In this document: piece after piece, positions 49,507-60,860 of the stretch
How the letters are laid out: every line of letters starts with the position of its first letter
How positions within the stretch are numbered: the first letter of the stretch is position 1
Source of the DNA: Podarcis erhardii
Taxonomy: Eukaryota
Direction: 5' to 3' (one strand)
Assembly (NCBI GenBank): GCA_964252035.1
Contig: OZ176204.1
Length of the DNA: 64,000 bases
Notes under the pieces: generated by a model
Told to the model about the DNA's origin: nothing
Database searches by the model: none
What the model saw: only the letters and a program-made list of their open reading frames with translations
Made by a program: the position numbers and the translations under genes

Positions 49507-49587
49507 ATATTCCCCTATGAACTGCTCATGGTGTCCAACAGAGGCCGAAGTAAAATTCTACGAGAAGTGGATAGAACCAGGCTGGAG
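49507..49587 (+). CDS. ABLIM1: ABLIM1 exon, villin headpiece N-part (IFPYELLMVSNRGRSKILREVDRTRLE)
   Basis: taacAG / GTaaga, 81 nt, phase 0-0. Confidence 0.98.
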
Positions 49588-49702
49588 GTAAGAGAATATC
49601 TGACTCCCCAAACAGATGTTTGGGCTGATGGTTTTAAAAGGATACAAATCTCTTGTTTAAACATTTGGACTGATAGCTGTCCTTTTCCTTGTCTTCCTTC
49701 AG

Positions 49703-49816
49703 CGTCACTTAGCACCTGAGGTTTTCCAAGAAATATTCGGCATGACGATACAGGAATTTGATAAATTACCTCTCTGGAGACGCAACGACATGAAGAAGAA
49801 AGCTAAACTCTTCTGA
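49703..49816 (+). CDS. ABLIM1: ABLIM1 terminal coding exon, villin headpiece ([37 protein letters not shown])
   Basis: ccttcAG, TGA at 49814-49816; headpiece signature LP.W+....KK...LF; all 17 exons total 1461 nt = 486 aa + stop. Confidence 0.98.
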   Translation, partial: RHLAPEVFQEIFGMTIQEFDKLPLWRRNDMKKKAKLF

Positions 49817-51097
49817 ATCCCATTCTCTCCTTTGGAGGGGAGAAAATACCACATATAGGATAATGTATCATACTTAAGTTCAAACGCTTTTTGGAGAGTA
49901 ACCACGAGAGACAGAGAGAGAGAGAGAGAGGAAATGGGGGTTAAAGGGAAAATCTGAGAAAGGCACCTATATATTCCTTGCAGGTGCAAGGGCCTTTCAA
50001 GCTTGCCAGAGAGTTGTGACCCAAAAATGTTGACATTCTAAATCTCAGCAGTGGTCTTTATGCATTATAAAGTTTTTACATGGCATCAATACATAATGTG
50101 GAGCTGCTCTGCCCTCCCTCGTTTCCCTTCACTTTTATTTAAAGGTCAAGGGGCAATGCTGATAGAGCCAGGAAGTGCCAATAGGATGCCAACCCACAAT
50201 TACGTCGTCATGGTCTCTCCAAGGAATGAATGACTATATTCTGTAGCTAACGAAGGAATCCTGTGTAATATATTTATCCTTTGGGCACAGCCATTACAAT
50301 TAATTGGCCTTGCCTTCAAATGGCCTATTATTGTTGCAGTGCCCATCAGCAAAGCAGGCCACTGAGCCAGAGTTCTGCTGCATACCAGCCAAATTCTTTG
50401 CAAGGAAACTCCCAGCTTGCACTTGCACACATCTGCTAGGAATCTTAAGAACAAATTATCTTATTTTGTTGTCAAGTCTTCTCTCCTCCCTTTGTCCGGC
50501 TTTAAGCGAGTTTGCTAAGTGTTAACAAGGGCCGCAAGCCAAAAATGAAAGAGTTGGTTTTCTCGTTCTATGTTGAGAAAAGTATTTCCAAAGTGAAATA
50601 CAGGTGTAGGCTTAATTCAGATGCTACTTGTGCCGTGTGGCAATCTATGGGGCATGGTCTAGCCACATGCTGCTTTGGTAATGTTTCTAAAGGACTAGTA
50701 TGTGGGCTCTTGCAATTATGTCATTGCTTCCCATACTGTCACCACCTGTTATGATGTCTAGCAGATGGGAAATAATCACATCATCCCTGCAAAGATGGCT
50801 CAACCCTGCAAACATCAATAGTGTGGGATGGGACCTGACTACACCAAAGCAAGTTCCATCCCATTACAAAGGGAATGACTGAATCAGGGCTACTGCCGCC
50901 TATACCAGCATACATCCACTGGTGTGCTGTACAGTTGAACTCCAGAATGTCTGTGACAAGAAAATGATATTTAATCCACTTTGTAGAGGAGATGCTATGA
51001 AACAAGACACCTCCTGGAAATTTTGCTGCTTAAAAATGACAGATCAGCCCCTTTCTTGGATGCTTTGATGACACAGCACAATATCAAGTTAAGTAAT

Positions 51098-51468
51098 GGC
51101 CTGATTTGCATATCATGCTAAGCCAAATCATGGCTTAGTCAGTGCAGCTGTACATGTTCCCAGAGAGGAGACCGCAGTTACTTTGCTCCTCCCTGGTCCT
51201 TGTGCTGCTGTGCTAAGCTAAACCTTGCCTTGGGTCATCTGAACCCAGGCTCAAGGTTTAGCTCTCCCGAGTAAATCATGAATCATAGGGCAAATCTTGG
51301 TTGCAACTTCTGGTTAAGTCTGGAGTGAGCTAAACGACAAGCGTGGGTTCAGACGACCCAGTGAGCCATGCCTTTGCTTAGCACAGTGTCGCATGGCAGC
51401 AGACCATGGAGAAGTGAAGCACTCCTGGAGCCCATGCATTTGGCTTAGCATGACATAGGAACCAGGCC
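51098..51468. mobile_element. Fold-back MITE (PIF/Harbinger-like, tentative) in 3'UTR
   Basis: Ends GGCCTG..CATGCTAAGCCAAA / TTTGGCTTAGCATG..CAGGCC plus nested internal inverted segments. Confidence 0.65.
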
Positions 51469-54388
51469 AGTGTTTGATTTGGTTTTATTCAGGCAACTAC
51501 AGGCTCACCCATAGTTAGAGCACTTGGGTTTTCTTTTTTTGTAATATTTCAAAGCTGCAGCCTAGGCTATTTGCTTTATTTATCCTCAGTGCCTAGAAGA
51601 AGGAACGCCTAAGACAGTTTCTGAATTCAGTGATGCTCCCTCATCTACATGCAGTCCTGAGCATTGTGTGAAGTGGCCCCCATCTAGCAGAACTGCTTAG
51701 AGGGCTGTGCATATTCTATTCATTTCAGAACAGTTAATAACATATTTTCACAGACTCCAGAGCTGTTTCTTGCCAACAGTAGGATGCACTTGATACATTT
51801 ATCTTTTACTTTGAGTGGTGATTGTTGCCGTTTTCACTGTTGTTTTCAATAGAAATTTGACACTAGCACGTCACTTACCGGGAAATACTATGCATGTTTA
51901 CTCAGAAGTAAAGCCCACTGTCTTCAATGAGACTTCCTTCTGTTCAAGCATGTATAGGATGGCAGCCCCTGAAGGATGCCTTTGAGGGCAGGACATTCAG
52001 GACTTCCTGCTCTTACATTTAAGAGCTCAGCAGAGAGAACCGTTTGCCAAAAGGCGTTATCATAGAAGCGCTTGATAGGTTGGTCATCCAAGCCCATAAA
52101 GAGGATCTTTCATGCATCATATATTGATTTGTAGAAGAACATGTGGTAAAATGCAAGCACATGTCTTTTGTGAAAGTCTTGTCAAGTGGTGAAAATAAAC
52201 TTACCACATGTCTACACCATAATTCTGGGAAGCAGAGTGAGTGGTAACATTTTCACCACCACACTGATGACCAGCTTATGAAGTGGCTCCCTGGTAAAGT
52301 CATATGCCAGATCCTTTATCAGTTAGCAGGAGGAGAGTGCTGGCAGCAGAATAATAAGGACCCCAGCTCTGCAGGGGAGGTTAGCCATGTTATGTGGAAA
52401 CCTAAACATCTCACCCACTAAAATCTGTCACATATCCCACATGATGTTGTAGCAGCATTAGGATGCTCCAATAAACTTTCAATCTGTATTAGCATTATTG
52501 TAACACTTTCCATCATTATATTGTGTTGACTCATTAGTTCAAACTCCCTGCCATTTACAATCAAAAGAACATTCTGGATTAATGGCCTGCAATAGGCCAC
52601 ACTGTTCAGTGGAGGAAAAAATGGATATTTGTACCAAGATCAGACAATGGTTTGGAAGCTAATCTATAAAGGAATATTTGGGCTGGCTGTTCTATGCCTT
52701 ATTCCTAGGCATGCTATTGTCACTGCCACAACATCCAACAGCTCAGTGATTTGGCTTTGCACTTCTCTTCATGCTACCGCTTTCCAGCCTATGACCTCTG
52801 GAGATACATTTCTCTCTGTCTCACAGAAAGGGGCACAGATAGTATATCCCGAATGCAGTGAAACAAATTAACCAACTTCCAGTCCCACCAGCTGATTTCA
52901 GCACTCTACACATTTTCTATACTGCCAAGCATCACTTCCCAGTTGTCTCAAATGCTGAGCAGACATCCCTCAGCTCAGCGATTAAGAGAAGCTAAAAGTG
53001 TGGGTGTACCACTTGTTGCATGGTTTCTACTTGGAAAATATCTCATGTGCCCTCTAAACATGTGGGGAACCAATATTCTGTAGGCTCCAGCCACACAGAA
53101 GAATGCCATGTCCTAACACAGCGAGAGCTTCCTGTTGGTGCTTAACTAAGGAGATTTTTCTCTATCCCCGCCCTTCTCTCACACATTTCTACTTCCTGAT
53201 CCCAAATTCCATCTACTGTAAAGAATGCAACATTTTAGTTGACATTATTTTCCAAATATGACAGTCTCTTCCTAATAAGAGACTGTAGCAATAAGTAAAC
53301 AAACAAATTATTTTTTTCAGGTGTTGCTTTCCCAACAGTTCCTTGAGGGGGGGGGAAGCAATGCCAGTTGAATTTCTGCCTGAAATATAGCTGCCCCCAA
53401 AAGTGGCAAATCTACAGAGGCCCTTCTTGAATTCCTGCCTTTGAAAAGGTGGCCAAATAAGCATAGTTTAACCCCAAATCATGACATAAGAAAATAATGT
53501 GGGTGTCAGGTAGTTTTGTGAATTTCTTCTTTGTGCAAAATGCTTTCTAACGGGGCAGGCGACTGGAATCATTATTACATCTTGAAGATGTTCACCCATG
53601 TATCAGAATGATAACACCGCATAAGTCGGATCATTATTTTCTAGGGACTTCCTTCCAAACCCATGAACATTAACAGGAGGTTTGGTAATTAACTTCAGCA
53701 AGCTGGTGGAGTTCAGCAGTATAAATCGGTGGCAAATTCATGCTGCTCTTTGCTCCCAGGCCTGGTTCTTCAAGGGTAACAAATACTACTTTGCATTGCC
53801 TGTTTTCCAAACTAATCTGTCATTGAAGCAACTGGCACAATCGAGGTCTGATGTAAATCCCATGGAATTTGATGGAAAGAGTCAAAGTTAGGCTATTTCT
53901 CAGCCAGCAAGGTCAGAAAAGAACCTTTATCAACTGTTGTGTATTCCCATGACAACACTTTGTATTGTTAATGACATCATTTGGTGCAAAATAGTAAAAG
54001 TTGCTGACAACCCTTGTAGTGAGGGAGCCTTATTAATATTCTGTAGGAAGATCACTTTAATGAGATATATTTTGCACCACTTTGATAAGTTTTAACTGCA
54101 AGGTTTTTAATTACATGTTTCTTCCCTTTCCTGGGCAGCCAATTTCCAGAATGCAACCAAGTAGCCTTTTTCAGATTATTTCCGTTAAGTTTGTTTGTTC
54201 TTCCTCCTTTGTTGTAGGACAGCTCTGATTTGGAGCCTCTGTTTAAGAGGGAAAAAAATCACCAATACCTATCTATACTGTTAAGTCTGCTTCTTCTGCA
54301 AAATGAAACATTGGCCGTCATTGCTGTTCATCTCACCCAACCACCCCACTATAATCTACATCACTGTTGTACTCAAACCAAGTAAACA

Positions 54389-54394
54389 AATAAA
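54389..54394 (+). terminator. Candidate polyadenylation signal AATAAA
   Basis: TGTA at 54368-54371 upstream and T/GT-rich tract (tttattcttattgtgctctttgg...) downstream. Confidence 0.6.
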
Positions 54395-54939
54395 GTTTTG
54401 AACTTTATTCTTATTGTGCTCTTTGGATATTTTGTTTCATGTATTTAGTTGTGTCATGTTCACCCTTTCAAAACCTTGATATAAAACAGATTTTGCACTG
54501 ATTGCAGATGATGTACTTTGGGACAAAGGGTTGCTTTTTATCAAATGTTTACAGGAAGAGAGAGGGCATTTTGGGAGTGGGACAGTCCTTGGTAAAGAGA
54601 GGCCCTTCATGGCTACAAGCATTAGGGAAAGTCACTCAGAGGGCACATTTAGGAAAAGAGGAGTTAAATTGTGGGGCTGAGTCCCAAAGCTGAAAGCCCA
54701 TCATCCAGATCTCACTGGGCCCCCAGTTTGGCAGTCAAATGGTGTCCATAAATCAATGTGAGGGAATTGGCTTCTCCTGATATGGAATACGTGGAAAATA
54801 TTATTCTTGTTCTGCTTCTGTGGTAGCTCATTACAGTGGTAGGAGGAACAACTTTTTACAGCCCTGTTATTTGCCAATTGTAGAGGCAGCTGAGACTTAG
54901 TGGCCCTCTTTTGTGTTATCAGTTGATGAGAGGGACATA

Positions 54940-55181
54940 CAGTGGTACCTCGGGTTAAGTACTTAATTCGTTCTGGAGGTCTGTTCTTAACCTGAAACTG
55001 TTCTTAACCTGAAGAACCACTTTAGCTAATGGGGCCTCCTGCTGCCGCTGCGCCGCCGCTGCACGATTTCTGTTCTCATCCTGAAGCAAAGTTCTTAACC
55101 TGAAGCACTATTTCTGGGTTAGCAGAGTCTGTAACCTGAAGCATATGTAACCTGAAGTGTATGTAACCCAAGGTACCACTG
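54940..55181. mobile_element. Tc1/mariner MITE, copy 1
   Basis: TIR CAGTGGTACCTCGGGTTA / TAACCCAAGGTACCACTG, TA TSD, internal TAACCTGAAG repeats; 242 bp. Confidence 0.9.
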
Positions 55182-56545
55182 TACTTGCTACTATAACAAG
55201 GGGCAATGTTTGCCCACACCCCACAGCTCTGGGGACTTTGGTCTCATAACAACACTGAGGCCGGTTAGGCTTTGTTATAGTAACCAGCCAAAGGTCACCC
55301 AGTCAGTGTCATCATCTACTAGGGATTTGAACCTGGGCCTTCCCAGTCCTATTCTGTCATGGCCTCAACTTTGACCTCAGAGTCAGAGGAGAATCAGCCT
55401 GCCACATGCAGGGCTTGTCCACCATCCACCAAGTTCCAGATACTGAAGCTGAGCCAAAACCCTTTGAGAACCTTCCACATACCTCTCTTTCCTCTGTGTC
55501 TGCCCAATGGCAAGAGGCTGTAGGAGGGAGAAGCTCCAGCTATCATTCCAGAGATTGGTCCTTTACAAATTCACACTCTTCAGGCAGTGAGTAGAGCCTG
55601 GGAGGGACAGAATGGATGGCGGGAACTCATAAGGCCCCAGTTCACCTTTAGGCTTTGATGAAGCAAGTTTCTCACTAGAAGCATCCAAGGTACTACAACC
55701 ACCTGCCTCATGGGCATCTGTCAAGGATAAATGAGAACACAGGTCAGCACTCAAGCAATACTACATGTAACATTCTTCATGTTGAAGGGCAATAAAGAGT
55801 CAAATGCTTTAAAACTGCCTGCCTCCTTGCGTGTATGACTTGGGGTGGGATGTAGGTTGGCCTGTTTTTTACCCCTCCAGATCCTCATTTCTTTTTGACA
55901 TCCTTTCCATTCCCTTCTACTCTTGTTTTTCACTCCTTCCCCAACTGGTGTGTTGCATTTAAAACCAATACCATTATCCAGTAAAAATACTGCTACTGAT
56001 GAAGAATAGTGATCCATTTTTTAAAAAATTCAAGCTACTATATATACTTCTGGGATCCAAATTTAATTACACAGCAGCATTATACTGCTTGCCTATGCCT
56101 ACTCCACAAGATTGCCTTCCCAGAGCTCACACTGCTGTGGCTTGCAAGGATTAAGTGTGTCAAGTGAGTGTGGATGACCCACTTTCTGCAAAATAGCCAA
56201 CATCTCCTTTAGCGTGTGATTGGACGTTTCCTGTGCATGTTCTCAGGGTGCAACAGGCAGAAAACCCTTTCTACTGCCACAGGTCTCCCATAATAGCTAG
56301 AGAATATGAAACCTGCAATTTGTAGATAGGTAGCTTCACTGGAAACCTAACAGTAGAGCAAGGGATGTGAATGAGCAAGTCATAATGCAAGTCACAGTAG
56401 AGGGGTTAATGCAGTGGCCGTCAAACCTTTCAGATCAGTAGTCGTATTTAGAATTTTGAGAAGGTGCAGTGAATCACAAAATGGCTGCCATGGAAAGGAG
56501 CATGGGAAAGCACAAAAACAACATGGCTAGCATGGGGACAGCATA

Positions 56546-56787
56546 AAGTGGTAACTTGGGTTAAGTACTTAATTCGTTCCGGAGGTCCGTTCTCAACCTG
56601 AAACTGTTCTTAACCTGAAGCACCACTATAGCTAATGGAGCCTCCTGCTGCCGCCACGCCACCGGAGCATGATTTCTGTTCTCATCCTGAAGCAAAGTTC
56701 TTAACCTGAAGCACTATTTCTGGGTTAGTGGAGTCTGTAACCTGAAGCGTCTGTAACCTGAAGCGTATGTAACCCGAGGTACCACTG
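56546..56787. mobile_element. Tc1/mariner MITE, copy 2
   Basis: Same family, length and orientation as 54940-55181; TA TSD. Confidence 0.9.
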
Positions 56788-57650
56788 TAATGCAAAATTA
56801 AAGAGGATACAGCCCTTGTTGCTTACTCAACCCCATCTCAGACAACCTCGGGCTTACCATGTAAGTCAACTATGTCCTGCTGTTCCCTGAGTGTGGAGAT
56901 TGCACAATATTGATCACACACACATACACACTGTTGCTGTAGGAGCATTTCCCACTTCCAAGAAAAATATACAAGGTGCCACACCATATTCTCTTCATGC
57001 ACACACTCACTGCACATCTCCATTGCCCAAGTGCGTATCTCCCTGTTACAGACCACATTCATTCACCTCTTTTCTCACACACACCTTTCCCTTGATACAG
57101 GAATTGGGGGGGGGGGTTAAGGGGAGGCACAGCAGGCAAATTTCTCACAAAAATTGAGAACAATTGTGTCTGTACATCTGGCCTCATATCTCTGGTTCTT
57201 AAAATGCCAGAAATTGTTTGAAAAAGAGTGCTTGGGTATCAGAGGATTAAGGTTCATGCTCAGGGCATGAAAGAATGCCTTGTGGATGCCAGGTTGATAA
57301 GCCTTGCATTAATGTATTTTTTAAAACTCCCTTGCAGCAGCAATTGCTGGTGCAGTCTGTTCTGGAAGAATAAAACAAGGGATGTTGATGCTGCAGAGGT
57401 AGAAGCTGCAGAACAAAGAGGAGTGAGACAGGCATAATATGGATAAAATTTCCAGGGCTCTGAATCATTGTTCCATTCTGGAAATAATGCAAAGGCATTA
57501 AACAAAACAGTAATGTTAACAAGTTTTTCTTAAAGCTAAAGTCACATGTGTTCCTGAAATTCATACTACATAGACCAAATATTCATTTTTCTCCCTTGCT
57601 CTGCACCCTACATTATAGATAAGTTGAAGGCTCCAAAGCATTCCAAGAAA

Positions 57651-57779
57651 TAGGGTTGCCATATTTTTAAAAGCAGGACACATTTGCAGACTTCTACCTT
57701 TAGTTATGGATCACTATGACAGCTCTACCCATGAAAAAAAGAGGATGTGTCCTGGAAAAGAGGACATATGGCAACCCTA
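57651..57779. mobile_element. hAT-like MITE
   Basis: Perfect 14-bp TIR TAGGGTTGCCATAT / ATATGGCAACCCTA; inverted relative at 60019-60153. Confidence 0.8.
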
Positions 57780-59854
57780 ATGTGTCAATTCTTTGAACGT
57801 CAAGTAAGTGGCTCTGATGATTAAACTATGCCTTTCCCAACCTGGAGGAAGTAGGACCAGGATGAATGCTGTGCAACAGACATGGATGGCTGGAAGCGGG
57901 CCGAGCTGCGCTCACCACCCTACTTTAAAAGTGCGTTGCCACAGAAAAAGCTGCTCATCTGGCCTTTTCTTTGTAAGCATCAGCAAACACCAGCAACTGC
58001 ATATGCAGCCTGCAATGAGGGTTTGTGGGCTCAAAAGGCACATCTCACAGGTACTTAGGATGTGCATACCCAGGAAAAAAGAACAATAATGGTGCTTTGA
58101 GCCTGTGTGTCTGTTGTTGAAGGGCTGGCTGCAGACTGGAACCACAAGAGGTGTTGGCAACACAAACAGCAGCACTAATTAAAGAGGAAAGAACGAAGCC
58201 TTGATGAATCCCTTGCAGATCATAATGGCAAACTCAGCCAATATGCTCAGAGGGAATTTGTATCTGAATCTAGGACAAGTGTGGGCAGGAAGTAGATCTA
58301 TTTATTGGTAGACTCATGGCCGATTTTCAGTAGACCAGCAAGAGTTTCTGACTCTTGCTGCCATAAAAACAGCAGCGAAAAGTTTCTCCTTAAATTCAGC
58401 TGTTAGAATCTCTGTTCTGTGCTAACTCACATGTAGGTTTATACTTGCACATACAGTTCGTTCCCGGTAATAACTCAAGGGATGTTGTCTTAGCTCTGTA
58501 ACTGGCTTAGCTCTGCACACACAGCCTGGACTGGGATTTGGGGGTTGAGAGAGAGAGTAGATCCCACATGCCTTAAGTTAGTCCATGTCTGAGCTAGGAT
58601 CCCTATTTTCAAGTGAAATATTCAGTTTCTGTTCTTCAACTCATGTTTAGGCTTCCCCATTTTGTCTGTGACACTATTTTGGCCAAGTGAAGCCCACCTG
58701 CCCCATCTGTTTTCATCTGAGAGGCAGCTAAACATGCAGCTGGGCCAACAGTGGGCTTTGCAGGTGCCATCTATCAGGTGACTAGCAGTGCCTGCAAACC
58801 ACATACAGTCACCAGGATGTTTGAACAGGCATTAGACTTTATCATTGGTACTAAGCAGCTTGGTTGTCGGCACTTGCAAAGTGCTGTGCCTTCGCTCACC
58901 AGGTTTGATTTCAAACACATGGGCAAATGAAAACAGGTCACCTGATGCCATTGTGGCTTAAGGTGGCATGCGCCACCATGCCAAACTAGCAGTGTCACAA
59001 CTCACATCTAAAACATGTCAGTGATCTGCAAAACTTAACAACTGAATTTCAGAATAAACGTCAAATTTGAAAGTTTCAACCCCAAAGTTGCTTCATATTT
59101 GAGAAGCCTTAAATAGCAAACTTGATAATTCTCCTATTCATTATGAACAACATTTGCCACCATGCGAAGAAACAGTTTGTTCATTTGCTATTAACCCTCA
59201 CAATGGGGCTTCAAATCCTTCTCTCTTGGCATTCTTTAATATCTGAACTTACTAGCGGACTTTTAATCCCATTTAAACAAAAAACAAAACAAAAAACCCT
59301 TCAAACTCTAAAAGCCTCATTTTATTTCCTGTTTCCCTGATACTAAAATAATTCTGAGTTTCTGACCCCTGAGTAATGATGAAGGAATGCACTACGTTCC
59401 CCAACACAGCAAGGCAGCTGGTAAAGTGAATCTTCACAGCATGTTAAAAATACAGATAACAGTGCCAAAAGCTAGATCTGATTGAAACACAGTCAAATGT
59501 CAGCACTAATTTGCTCTTAAATATATATGGCTCCTTGGGACCACTTCCTTTAGGAACTACAACATAAGACTTCAAGTGTCCCCCCCCCTCCTTTACCACA
59601 TCCGTTTAAAAAATTGTTTCCTCCAAAGCAAGGGGAGAAATCTGAAACAAAAATGTTATTTACATATACACCAATGTACTTGTTTGTTATCTTTGCTTGT
59701 GCTTTTATTGGTTTGAAGCTGTAACTAAATAAGACTTCAGTCCTGTCTTTTGTAGAAGGACCTTGGGAGCATGTCCAGATTGGGTTCTGTAGCTTGGATA
59801 AAGGGAAAGTGTCATGAATTGTTCAAGAGGGTGCCTTTTTCAAAAAAATCATTT

Positions 59855-60860
59855 ACAGATTATGATTTTTATTTTTAAGGGCCCAGGAGTCCAGTAAAGT
59901 CAAGAGCCTATGTCAGCTTTAAACAGCCACTATGCTGCCATATTCTTCCGATTTTGTATCAAGGATTTTAAGCTGCAAGAGGTCCTGCAGTCACATCCCA
60001 GATGAGCCCAATGTTTCTTAGGACTGCCATATGTCCTTTTTTTCCAGGACACGTCCTCTTTTTCAGTGGTATGTAAAATGAGAGTCATCATAGCGATCCA
60101 TAGTTAAAAGCAGAAGTTGGCAAATGTGTCCTCTTTTTTTGTTTGCAACCCTAGTTTCCTGCATGAGTTTGAGCCCCCATCCCGCTATATGATTCTATGA
60201 ATTATGGCATAATGCACTGCAAAGTGGCCTACCTTGCAAGTGTAAACATAATCAAAATGCCAGAAATGGCTGCAGACATAATACAAGGAACAAGATATGA
60301 ATTCATAAAAGCATTTTGGTGACCAAAGGAGATGTGTAAACTATTAAGAAATAACAAAATGGTACGGAGTCAGCATACATAGCAAATCAAAAACTCTTGG
60401 GTTACTTTTGCTGGGTTAAGGTTACTGACAAAAATCATAAAATACATACACATAACCCTAATTATAATAAACAAATATAGTTCTTTTCCTGGGATTTTTA
60501 ATATAACTGAGAAAATGAACACACAGCTGAGCAACTTGTGACCGCTAGTGTTAAAAATGTTAACATTTATTGTGGAAGCCTTTTTTGTGGAACCTAGAAT
60601 CCTGGCAGGCATGGTAAATACAGTGGGCCTTGATTAAAGGCATGCCATGCATTGGCCAGTTGTTGTGAACCCAACAGTGGCTGTTTAAAGCTGACATAGG
60701 CTCTTGACTTTGCTGAACTCCTGGGCTCTTAAAAATAAAAATCATAATCTGTTATTGTGGAAGCCTTTTTTTGTGGAACCTAAAATCCCAGCAGGCATGA
60801 TAAATACAGTGGACCTTGATTAAAGGAATGCCATGCATTGGCCAGTTGTTGTGAACCCAA
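59855..60860. repeat. Local duplication with inverted templated insert
   Basis: Direct repeats 60567-60674 / 60752-60860 enclose 60676-60752, the reverse complement of 59855-59931 (74/77). Confidence 0.85.
60019..60153. mobile_element. hAT-like MITE, same family as 57651-57779, opposite orientation
   Basis: Reverse complement aligns across full length (ggacacatttgc, atggatc.ctatga, gaggac/tgtgtcctggaaaa). Confidence 0.75.

Larger units (their letters stand above)
49817..54410 (+). other. ABLIM1: ABLIM1 3'UTR (about 4.6 kb; end approximate)
   Basis: Follows stop codon; low repeat density until ~54.9 kb; end inferred from best poly(A) signal; weaker AATAAA at 52194 and 52470. Confidence 0.6.
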
